This document shows, in pieces, positions 1-12,500 of a stretch of DNA of 64,000 nucleotides (position 1 is its first letter; every line of letters begins with the position of its first letter). The notes under the pieces are model-generated. The model had not been told where the DNA came from. It worked only from the letters and a program-made list of their open reading frames with translations, and ran no database searches. The DNA is taken from positions 70,682,001-70,746,000 of the forward strand of contig CM059432.1 of NCBI GenBank assembly GCA_030390025.1, read 5' to 3'. Source of the DNA: Squalus acanthias (taxonomy: Eukaryota). Position numbers and translations under genes: made by a program.

Positions 1-394
1 GCACTGACCAAGATGAACCCTAGAACTTCCTTGCACTATGCCTCAGTATTACATCAAGCTGTGCATTACCAATAACCCATTTGTACTAAATTGCATGGTA
101 TCAAAACCATTTAGATGGCTACATCCTTGGACATGTGTTTAAGTGACCATGTGCTACAGAAACTAAACAGAATAGGTTATGTAGATCACAGGAATGAGAA
201 AAGATTAACATTAATGGTCAAGTTTAACTGTCCCCTTCCTCCCCACCCAAAACTGACTATACTTTGAGAGAACAAGTCACTTGGCACTGTGACTGCACCT
301 GTGAACAAATAGATTACAAATAATCAACTATTCTCCACCTTTTCATTTTACTTCCGATATCAAAAGGCAGCAACATAATAGTCTTAAATATTAC

Positions 395-560
395 CTTCAC
401 TTTGTGTTGCTCAGCAGTGAACTCTTCTTTTGAAACATATTTATATTGAACCTCTTCCAAAGCACATTTATATGCATGTCGTCTGATTGATTCCTTGTAC
501 ATGTGGAGTTTGCTGTCTAATTGTTCTTCATAGATCTCCTTTAGTTCTTCAAAACGCTCA
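395..560 (-). CDS. KIF20-like coiled-coil exon ([26 protein letters not shown]...HKVK)
   Basis: cag acceptor and gtaata donor; phase-2 start matches the previous exon. Confidence 0.88.
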
Positions 561-3500
561 CTGTAGTGGGTGAACAAAACATCAACATGTACAATTTTAT
601 CTAAAAAAAATTGACAAAACACTGAACATGGCAGATGCTCTCAATGCAGAAAAGTGTGAGGCGATACATTTTGGTAGGAAGAATGAGGAGAGAAACTACA
701 AGCTAAATGGTACAAATTTAAAGGGGGGGGGGGGGGGCGCAAAGAGGGAGAGACCAGAGTGTGTGTCTGCACAAACCTTTGAAGGTAGCAGGACAGGTTA
801 ATAATGCAGTTAATAAAGCATATGGGATCCTGGGCTTTATAAATAGAGGCAGAGAGTACAAAAGCCAGGAAGTTATGCTAAACCTATATAAAATGCTAGT
901 TCAGCCTGAGCTGGAGTATTGTGTCCAATTCTGGGCGACACACTTTAGGAAGAATGTGAAAGCTTTGGTGAGGTTACGGAAGAGATTTACTAGAATGGTT
1001 CCAGTTATGAGGGATTACAGTTATGTGGATAGACTGGAGAAACTGGGAAGGAGAAGAGGAGATTTGATAGAGGTGTTTAAAATCATGAAGGGTTTAGATA
1101 TAGTAAATAAAGAGAAACAGTTTCCAATGGCTGAAAGGTCAATAACCAGAAGACATAGATTGAAGGGGATCAGCAAAAGAACCAGAAGAGACATGAGGAA
1201 AAACTGTCTCTCCCCACCCCCCACCCTACGAGTGGTTAGGATTTGGAATGCACTGCCCGATAGGGTGGTGGAAACCAATTCAATAGCAGCCTTCAAAAAG
1301 GGAATTTGATAAATACTTGAAGGAGAAAAAAATTGCAGGGATATGGGGGCGGAGGGGGAAGAAAGAAAGAGTGGGACTAACTGAATTGCTCTTCAAAAGA
1401 GCTGGTGCCAACTAAAATGGCCTTCTTCTGTGCTGTACTATTCTATGATTCAATGATTTGCATGCAGAACTTAAATACATCTTCCACTAGATTGAACCAA
1501 TGGCTGTAGAGACTTTGCTTTCCTTACAGGGGGGGAAAATAGAAACTACAGTTGTACCACTCAGTATTTGCAATTACCAAGTCTCTACTGAATTCAAGCA
1601 CCATATTACCAAAGCGTTTCATTAGCCTAGTACCCTTAAAAAAAGAGAAAAATGCAGAAATAGAAGGACCATAATAGGTGATTTTAAGCATCCAAAGATA
1701 GATTGCTACTTACATTTATTTTTACCCCAAAGAATGAGGATTTTTTTAAAATTAAATAAATGTGTCCAAGATTGTTTTTTGGTTCAGCAGGTTGAGTGCT
1801 GGCTCTAGTTCTAGGAAATGAAATGGGGCATAAGGGAACATCTAAGAAACAGCAGCCATAACATAATTAGGTTCAATATAAATAGACTGTTCACTATCTC
1901 TTCAAAAAGATAAAAAGGTACTTATTGGAGAGGGAAGAAAACTGCAACAAGATGAATAAAAAGGAACCAGACAAAATAAAATGGAAACAAAAACTGTCAG
2001 ATAAAAATAGTGGACAAAAAGAAAACTTTAAATAGGTAATGATTACGGTACGGTACAGACTAAACATAGTCCCACAAGAAAAAAAATACACAGCAAAAGC
2101 TAGAGATCCCCGAATGAAACTTTAGTATGACAAATCTAGGGCTAATAACAAAATAAAAAGCTCTCATTTTATACTTGACGATTACTTTGCCTCAGTTTTT
2201 ACAAGAGTGCAATTGGGGGAATGATGGATACAAGAGGAGCAATTATTTAAAATAATAGATAAGAAATAGTTACTAGAACTCAAGTGGAATAGTCACTGGG
2301 TCCTGTCCTGTTGATATGCATCCGAGAATGCCGAAGGAAGATAGAGGGGAAATAACAGAGGCTCTGACCAATAGAAAAGGATCAGACTACAATTTTTCAA
2401 AACATCAAAGCACTAAAGGAGATGGGGTAAACCAAATAATTATAGACCAGTCAGCCTAGCATCAGTGGACAACCTTCTCTATGCCATAAATACAGGATAA
2501 AAATCACTTAGAAAGACATGGGTTCAGTCAGTCAGCATGAATTTGTAAAAGGCAAGTCATGTCTGACCAATTTAATAGTAGTCATTGGAGAAATAACTAA
2601 CGATAAAGGAAATGCAGTGGATGCGGTGTATATAGATTTTTAAAGGGTTAACAATATGCCATATAGAAGGTTGTTTGATAAAATTATTAAAATGTGACAG
2701 CACCGGTAGGAGAGTCAGCCATGGCTCAGTTGGTAGCACCCTCACCTCCGAGTCAGAAGGTTGTGGGTTCAGAGACTTGAGCACAAAAATCTAGGCTGAC
2801 ACTCCAGTGCAGTGCTGAGGGAGTGCTGCACTGTCAGAGCTGCCATCTTTTGGATGAGACGTTAAACCGAAGCCCTGTCTGCCCTCAGGTGGATGTAAAA
2901 GATCCCATGGCACTATTTCAAAGAAGAGCAGGGGAGTTATCCCTGGTGTCCTGGCCAATAATTATCCCTCAATCAACATCACTAAAACAGATTATCTGGT
3001 TATGATCACATTGCTGATTGTGGGAGCTTGCTGTGTGCAAATTGGCTGTCGCGTTTCCTACATTACAACAGTGACTGCACTTCAAAAAGTATTTTATTGG
3101 CTGCAATGTGCTTTGGGACGTCTGGTGGTTGTGAAAGGTACTATATAAATGCAAGTCTTTCTTTCTAGGAAGTTAGCTACAGGAACAGAGAGAGACGGAG
3201 TGATGGTTGATTGATGTTGGACTGGAGGATGTAAACAATAGCATTCTCTAGGGGTCAGTTTTAGGAACACTGCTCTTTGCAGTATGTGAAAGTGATCTGT
3301 ATATGGTAACAATATCAAAAAATGCAGAGGACAAAGATAGGGAGCAAGGCTGACTAAAGAGGACTGCAATCAACTTCAGGATGACAAATTAGATTAGATT
3401 AGGCAGATAAATGTTGGATGAAGATTGAGAGAGAAGTGCAAGGAGGTACATTTTAGGAAGGAAAATGAATAATTAAATGGCAAGACTTTTAAAAGGAAGG

Positions 3501-6500
3501 ACAAATCCAAAAGCATCCTATATGTTTAGGTTTTAGTTTAAAAGGAATGGAATAGCAGAGAGACTTAGGGGGCGGGGGTGCAGCTCAAGATACACAAAAC
3601 TTTAAGACTGGAGTACAATTCAGAGAGCTGCTTTAAAAAAAAAGCATATGGGATACTAGGTTTTACAAATAGGGTTTAAAGTACAAAACCAAAGTAGTAA
3701 TGCTACACCTTTCAAACATTGGTTCGGCCACAGTTAGAATTCCATCCCCAGTTTGGGCATTCTATTTTTCTAAACATGTCAAAGAGGGTACAAAATAGAT
3801 TTACTAGGATGACACCAGGGACAACAGGTTTTAGTACAAGAAATTAGGTTTCTTTTCACTAGCATAGAGAAGGTTAAATGGAGATCAGATATGGGTAGAA
3901 TTGAGAGGGGTTTTGCTAATAAAAAAAAGAAAAATTATTCCCACCGGTCACTGAGTTGGTAACTAGAAGGCATGATTTAAAGATAAATCACCAAAAGAAT
4001 GAAGGGGAGATTACGAAAATAAAATGCTCAACTACTCTTTAAACTACTGACAAATCCAAAATCATCCTACATGTTTAGGCTTTAGTTTACAGTGTTATAT
4101 AGAGCCATGTGCGAAGAATCCCAACCAGTAATTTACCCCTTGGGCTTCACAAATAAACCTGGCTTACTGAAAATCAACAATACCCTGTGGGTCTGTCTGG
4201 CTCAGTTATCAGATTACCAAGTCCACCACAAACACTTCCATGTTCACTTGGCATATCAGAGCACAGTCAACCTCAAAAAGGGCCATACTCAACATCCTTC
4301 AACAACCCTCATCAAAAAAGGACAACAATTTTCAAAGTTACTGCCTGGGCAGTAATCTGGCAGAACACATCATCCACCAGTTACAGAATCTACCCAATTT
4401 TCATTCCAATGATTTCAAAGGAATGAAAATCTGGCAAGTTTTTTTTATTATATAAAAAGGACAGGTGATCTGCTCTGCCAGATTACCACCCAGGCGGTGA
4501 AGGCAAAAACTACCTCAGATGACACAGACAACAAATTGCATTTATACAGTATCTTTAACAAAAGAACTCCCAAGGCACACCACAGATCGGCACAAGGAAA
4601 ACACATGCTGAGCCAAAGACTTGATTGAAGAGTTGGATGTTTAAGAAGGTTGTTTTTTAAAAAGAAAGGAGGGAGCTGGAGAGGTTTAATGAGGGAAACC
4701 CAACAGCAAGACCCAGGTGGCTGAATGTTCAGTTACCAAGGATGGTGGGAAAGGGGTGGGGGGGGGGGGAAGGAAAGAGAGAGAAAGGAGGAACAAAGTG
4801 TGAAAAAGATACAGGGCTAGAGGATATTGCAGAGAGAAGGTGAGGAACGCCCATTTAGGGATTTAACCAGGAAGATGAGGATTTTATTATTTAATGCCTT
4901 GGGGACAGGAGCCAAATGTAGGCCAGCAAGGGCAAAGGTGATGGGTGATCAACAGGATGCACGCAGTAGAGTTTTACACAAGTTGAAGCTTATGGATAAT
5001 GGAGCAAGGACAGTGAGCAAAGGGTGCGTTGGAGTAGTTCAGTCCAAGGTTGAAGACAACATGCACGAGTGTTTCAAAGTCAAAAGAGACAGAGGTACAT
5101 TGAAGGATAGTAAATGTTCGAGGTGACGCAAGCAGGTCTTTGTGGTAGAGAGAATATCTAACCTAAAATTAAGTTCAAGGTCAAATAGGATGCCAAAGTC
5201 ATGAATGATCTGGTTGAGCCCAAGACAATGGCCAGGGAGGAGGATGGAATCAATAGCAAGAGTGTTTGTGACAAGGGCGGAGACATTAGCTTCTGTCTTT
5301 CCAATGTTGAGTTGGAGGAAGTTCCACCTCATTCAAGACTGGATGTTAGAAAAGTAGCTTGATAGCATAGAAGTAATAATCATTTATTTGCAAGCACCTT
5401 TTTAAACATAGAAAACCATCCCAAGAAGTTTTACAGAAGCATAATCAGACAATCAACACTAAGAGAAAGGATGAGATAGTGGGAGAGATGACTGAAAGCT
5501 TGGTCAAAGAGGTGGGTTTTAAGGAGACTCTTTAAAAAAAAGAGGGGATTCCAGAGCTTGAGGTCTAGATGGCTGAAGACACAGCTGCCAATAGTGAGAT
5601 TTACAAAAGTTATTTATTTTTTTATTTTTAGACTTGACAATGATGGTTGGAATTATAAAGCATCACCAGCATGCAAAGTGCATAGGCCACCAGATAGTAT
5701 AGTTAGTGAGCATAAGAACATAAGAAATAGGAGCAGGAGTAGGCCAATCGGCCCCTCGACCCTGCTCCGCCATTCAATAAGATCATGGCTGATCTGATCC
5801 TAACCTCAAATCTAAAGAACACAAGAAGTAGGAGCAGGACCCGGCCACTCAGCCCCTGGGCCCACTCCGCCACCCACAGGGCCCTGACCGATCCGAACTC
5901 AGCCTCATGTCCAATTTCCTGCCTGCTCACCGTAACCCCCAATTCCCTTTACCTCTAGGAAACTATCTATTTCGGTTTTAAATTTATTTAATGATGTAGC
6001 TTCCACAGCTTCCTGGGGCAGCAAATTCCACAGACCTACTACCCTCTGAGTGAAGAAGTTTCTCCTCATCTCAGTTTTGAAAGAGCAGCCCCTTATTCTA
6101 AGATTATGCCCCCTAGTTCTAGTTTCACCCATCCTTGGGAACATCCTTACCGCATCCACCCGATCAAGCCCCTTCACAATCTTATATGTTTCAATAAGAT
6201 CGCCGCTCATTCTTCTGAACTCCAATGAGTAGAGTCCCAATCTACTCAACCTCTCCTCATATGTCCAGCATGATTCAAAGACATAGGACATAGTTTGTTC
6301 TTGTCCGCAAGGACATTTGTTATCACCAAGACGACCCCATAGGTGAAAATTTAAGATGCACTGCCCCTGTTCAGATCAAAAACGATTGAGAATCACCCAA
6401 CTATGACATGGCCAGCTGAATCCTAGTTAACTGTCTGTTGTTTCGGACATGATATGGTGATTTATAGGAACATCTGCTGTCCACTCTTCATGCCAGCAAG

Positions 6501-9500
6501 TTGGTAAGGTAAAATTAAATGAATCAGGAAAGGTTAACCATGTTGGGTGTCTCAAAGAAAGACGCAGTGTTGATGGATAGAACGAATCAGTGAATTGGCA
6601 ACATGATTTTGTCATGAAGTCTATTCATTAATTTTGCTACTGCATCTAAATGTTGAAGATGTTGAGGAGGTATGTACCAAAGGACTGGTAATGATGGGAG
6701 AGGAATAGGGCATAACAAGGCAAATAACAGCCTGTAGTTGAGTATCCACCAGCTTAGTGTGCATTCGGTGACCCCCAAACAGAAGTGAAATATTCTGTAA
6801 CTGAATCGCAGTGTACAAGAGCAGATGAACGTAAAGTGGAGGCATTTGCTCCCCAGGGAGAGCCAGCAAGTTTGGCGATTCAGCTATTGCAGGTTTTAAT
6901 TTTCTCAGCAGTTTTCAGTAGATGGTTAGTGACTGATCAAGGGTGATGCCCAGGTAAACAGGGTGAGCATCATGTTTAAGAAGTTGACCATTTAGGACGA
7001 TAGCAAGTTCATGAGGCACTAGCACTGTGCAAGTGAAAGATGGGAGGATACAGTCTTTATGGCAATCCAACAATTGCTGTCCTAAGTTTCAAGAGTTTTC
7101 TAATCAATTATACAAGACATCTGCCTTCAGCATGTTAGAAGGACCTACACAGGACAGTCTATGATGTGCCAGCCACCTTAATGTTCTAAACCCAATGTTA
7201 CATATTAGGCTTACTTGTAACCAACAGGTCATTGGAGAGATTATGGCAAATAAATGTGCGCACCAGAAGGCTGAATTTCCCACCTAGAGAGGGTGCTCTG
7301 TGACCAAGGCTGAGCCCTTCGTTCCTGCAACAATTTCCCTCTCTTGCCACAAATCCATCCTGTGGCTTGGATCTGAACCTTGCACATGTGTAGAAAAAAA
7401 AAAGCCCTTCTGTTGCATTCCTAGGGGTATTGTACCATGAAGAGGAATGATTTGGACTTGAGCTTGTGGCATTCCTGTACTGGAACTCTTGAAAAGACCA
7501 AAGTGCCTTTTTCTGCTCATTAGTTCAGTTTTAAAGGACCTTTTCCAGGATAAAGTTAGTATCCATCAGGATCCGCAGGCACAATACAATTGTGACAGAT
7601 GACTCCCATGTTTCTCCACTCAATAACGATCCCTTGAACCATGAAAAGCCACAATAATGGCATCTGGGGCACCCACCATTATGGATCAATAGTAGCTCAG
7701 TGTTAAAGTCATGGGTTGAAGCCCCAGTCCAGGAATTGAGCACATAATCTAGGTTGACACTTCAGTGCAGTACTGAGAGTGTGCTGCATTGGCAAAGGTG
7801 ACGCATTAAACCAATAGGCCCTATCTGCCTATTCTTCAGGTGGATGTAAAAGATCCCATGGCACTATTCAAAGAAGAGCAGCAGAGTTATTCCAGTGTCC
7901 TGGCCAACATTTATACCTCAATTAAAACGGAGATAATCTTTTATCTCATTGCTTTTTGTGAAACCTTGCCTTGCACAAATTGGCTGTTATACTTGCCCAC
8001 ACTTCAGAAGTAATTTATTGCCGATGAAGCACTTGGGACATCCTGAGAATATGAAAATTGTTATACAATGCAAGTTCTTCCTTCTTTACCTATTGTTTAA
8101 GGTAGTGAGCCCACCAACACAGTATCTGTGAAACTGAATGTCCCAATTCTTCAGATACTTCAAAAGCATCCCTTATAATGGGTTTCCATTATAAGCCTCA
8201 GTTATATCCAAGGAGAATATCAGTCACACCAGACACTGGTAATGTAGCCTGTTACCAAACAGATTTAGTCAGTTATTTCACAGAAATAAGCAGCAGCAGC
8301 CAAACACAAAACCTTTGAACGCATTCATGAGAGGTTGAACACACAAACCAGTCAGTTGAGTCCCTTTGAATAGCTTTCTTTACCAATAACACTAAATAGA
8401 AAGGGAGTAGCCATCCCATCCCTATCGACTAGTTATCTCAACATTACATAAGCAGCCCCATCAATGGCGTAATCGTACTGCTTCAGTATCTGTGGCATCC
8501 ATGTCAAACATCAACTAACTTAGCAAGTCAAAGTGCCCAATCCTTATTCCCATAAAATCTTTTGAAATAGTCTTTGTTGAGACAAAATCTGCAAGACAAG
8601 TCACTTCACCAAGACTGAACTGCAAGTTCCACAACAAATACATAAAAGTATACCTATGGCTACCTATGTTTGACAAGTGTTGACTTTGCCATGGCTATCC
8701 TCATTAAATTAAAGTTGTTTAATAGGCTAGTGATGCATATTATGGGTATATTCAATTAGGACCACATGTCTATTTGTAATTAACAGTACTGGCTTTAATT
8801 GTAATATAATTCATGCAAAGCTAAAAGAATAGAAACCAGTTTCCCTCCGAGTTGTAGAAGTCATTTTGAGGATGGCAGCTTTCTTAAAAGAACCTGCTTT
8901 TAAAGTTAAGAAATTCAGCAGAGACAACTCAAACCAAGGACAAAAATGCCCCATTTCCATCAGAACTTAAACTCCTCACTATGCAAATGTGGGACACATC
9001 TCCACTAAAATATTATAACTAAGAAGGTATTTATAAGATGCCATTTATTTTCTCACCTATTGGGTATTTTTGGATAGTATCCACAAATGTGTCAAATACC
9101 AAACCAGAAAAGAATTTTCCAGAACAGCTAGTAACATGTTTGGTTCATTTATCCTAATCTGCAATCTAAATACCATTAAAATTACCTCCAAACTTCTTCT
9201 GAACGCAGTAGTTGATGAAACATAGCCTCTCCCATCTCTTTACGAACCCGAATTTCCAAAACCAGTTTGTGCTGTCTTTCAGCAATCAGTTTTTGTTTTA
9301 GGTTTTCTATCGTGCCCAATAATTCCTGAGTAAGAAAACAGAAAAATCTATAGTATGAACAGTGTCCAGGTGAAGATCAGCATACAAATTAGAATCATCC
9401 AACTGATACATTACATACATTTCAGCTTCTGAATAAATTTCAAAAAGTAATGGATGGATATAAAGCACTTGGAACATCCCAAGTACATCAGGCTTTATAT

Positions 9501-12500
9501 AAATGGAAGTTCTTCTTTCAGAATTGCTTTTCTCGCTCATCCCCCTCCAATTTTCCCTTCACCCATCATTCTAGGATCCATTTTAGTAAAATTTCTCCAA
9601 TAAAACTAGAATTTCTTTGGATTGTACAAAAGCTTTTCTTTTATTCTCTTTAAAGTCTAAATGTATCCATAGATAGTTAATGACCAATTGCTAAATGTAT
9701 TCTCAAGTAATAAAATTTTCTCTCTTCCCCAGTTTTATTTTTGCAATACCGTACTCGGTTTTCTCCTTGATACTTTAAATTCAGTTCTGATGCCTGGTTT
9801 AATACATGCCTATTGCAAACTCAAATCCAAATAACTACAGCTACATTACTACAGGGACGACACCTCAAAAGAACTTTTTTTTAAAATTCGTTCCTGGGAT
9901 GTGGGCGTCGCTGGCAAGGCCAGCATTTATTGCCCATCCCTAATTGCCCTTGAGAAGGTGGTGGTGAGCCACCTTCTTGAACCACTGCAGTCCTTGTGGA
10001 GAAGGTACTCCCACAGTGCTGTTAGGGAGGGAGTTCCAGAATTTTGACCCAGCGACAATGAAGGAACGGCGATATATTTCCAAGTCAGGATGGTGTGTAA
10101 CTTGGAGGGGAACTTGCAGGTGATGGGGTTCCCATGAGCCTGCTGCCCTTGTCGTTCTAGGTGATCGAGGTCGCGGGTTTGGGAGGTGCTGTTGAAGAAG
10201 CCTTGGCAAGTTGCTCCAGTGCATCTTGTAGATGGTATACACTGCAGCCACGATGTGCCGGTGGTGGAGGGAGTGAATGTTTAAGGTGGTGGATGGGGTG
10301 CCAATCAAGTGGGCTGCTTTGTCCTGGATGCTGTTGAGCTTCTTGAGTGTTGTTGGAGCTGCACTCATCCAGGCAAGTGGAGAGTATTCCATCACATTCC
10401 TGACTTGTGCCTTGAAGATGGTGGATTGGCTGTAAGTGCTTTGGGACAACCGGAGGTCATGAAAGGTGTTATGAATACAAGTCTCTCTTTTATTTAATTG
10501 CTATATATTTTAATTCCTCTATTATCAAGACTTGCTACTAAATACTTATCCATGCACAATTTTTCTTCAAGGGTTACCCCATTAACATGCTGCAGACAGC
10601 ATCAGTCTATAATCCTCAATATTCCATTAATTTCCAGAAAATTAAAAGTTGTTTATAGTTAGTACAGTCTGTTTTATACACAAGCTCAAATGGAGCTGAA
10701 GAGAATTTTAAACATTACTTCATGGCCCAAGGTGCTAACATCCAGCTCTTCATTTTCCTGCTCCTCTTCATCTTTAATTAGTAGATCTTCAGAAAAGCAA
10801 TTTTCAGCAGAGAGTGTTTCATAGAGATCAGTGCATACCATCATACTGGCATTGCTCCCATTTATTGGATCAATAAGTTGCAGGTTTACTTTTGGGTGAA
10901 TGATCTGAACAATCTGAAAAACAGGAGAGTTTCTATAAACAGGTTACTTGAACATGTGTTCACAACTTCCTATTTTTTAGCAAGAATTATAAATGTGCTA
11001 GAAGTATCTTCATAGAAACATTTATAAACCAGCCATCAAAATTGGGAAATTAAGCAGAATATTGCAGAGCTTTTCTACAAGTAAACATTTAAATTGTAAA
11101 CTGTTGCCAGTGATTTTTGAAATTTGCCAAATTACAGTTGGTCAGAATATAATCTCTGCAAATGACAGACTTTTAATACCAAAGGTAATGATTTAAGTTT
11201 TGAATAACAGTATGGAAACAAGCAAATAATAAATATTCTACTAATTTATTTGAACTGAAATGTTATGTACAATTTTGAGTTTATTACATTTGTGTGTGAC
11301 TTTTGTGAATTTCTTTAGGTGGTCAAGAAAATTTCTAAAATAGGAACGAATATTTCATCCTCTCAAAATCCATGATAATGTTGACAACAACTTATAAGAA
11401 CATAAGAAATAGGAGCAGGAATAGGCCACTTGGCCCCTCGAGCCTGCTCCACCATTCAATAAGATCATGGCTGATCTTGGGCTCAAAGCCACTTCCCCGC
11501 CCACTCCCCATAACACTTCACTCCCTTATCTTGCAAAAATCTGTCTATCTCCACTTTAAATGTATTTAATGACCCAGCCTCCACAGCTCTCTGGGGCAGA
11601 GAATTCCACAGATTTATGACCCTCAGAGACGAAATTCCTCCTCATCTTAAAAGGAAAGAGGCGGAGGGGTTTAGCGAGGGAATTCCGAGCTTAGGGCCTA
11701 GGCAATAGATGGCACGGCCACCAATGGTGGAGCGATTAAAATTGGGAATGCTCAGGAGGCCAGAATTAGAGTGTAGATATCGGAGGGTTATAGGGCTGGA
11801 GGAAATTACAGAGATAGGGAGGGATTTGAAAACAAGTAGGTCAGCGAGCACAGGGGTGATAGATGAATGGGACTTGGTGCGAGTTAGGACACGGGCAGCA
11901 GAGTTTTGGATGACCAAGTTTACCGAGGGTAGAATGTGGGAGGCCGGCCAACAGTGTGTTGGAATAGTCAAGTCTAGAGGTAACAAAGGCATGGGTGAGG
12001 GTTTCAGCAGCAGATGAGCTGAGGTAAGGGCAGAGTCCAGCGATGCTCCGGAGGTGGAAATAGGCTGTCTTAGTGATGGTGCGGATATGTGGTCGTAAGC
12101 TCATCTCGGGGTCAAATATGACACCAAGGTTGAGAACAGTCTGGTTCAGCCTCAGGCCAGTTGGCAGGGAGAAGAATGGAGTCAGTGGCGGGGACCGAAG
12201 ACACTGGCTTCGGTCTTCCCAATATTTAGTTGGAGTAAATTTCTGCTTATCCAGTACTGGATGTCGGACAAGCTATCTGATAATTTAGAAACAGTGGAGG
12301 GGTCAAGTGAGGTGGTGGTGAGGTAGAGCTGGGTGTCATCGGTGTACATGTGGAAACTGACACTGTTTTCAGATGATTTCACTGAGGTGCAGCATGTAGA
12401 TGAGAAATAGGAGGGGCCCAAGGATATAGATCCTTGGGGGACACCAGAGATAATTGTGCAGGAGCGGGAAGAGAAGCCATTGCAAGAGATTCATTAGCTA

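Noticed and set aside
5905..6291. ORF that appears to fuse a zinc-knuckle end to the CR1 C-terminus
   Set aside because: Chance in-frame junction between a Vingi-like remnant and a 5'-truncated CR1
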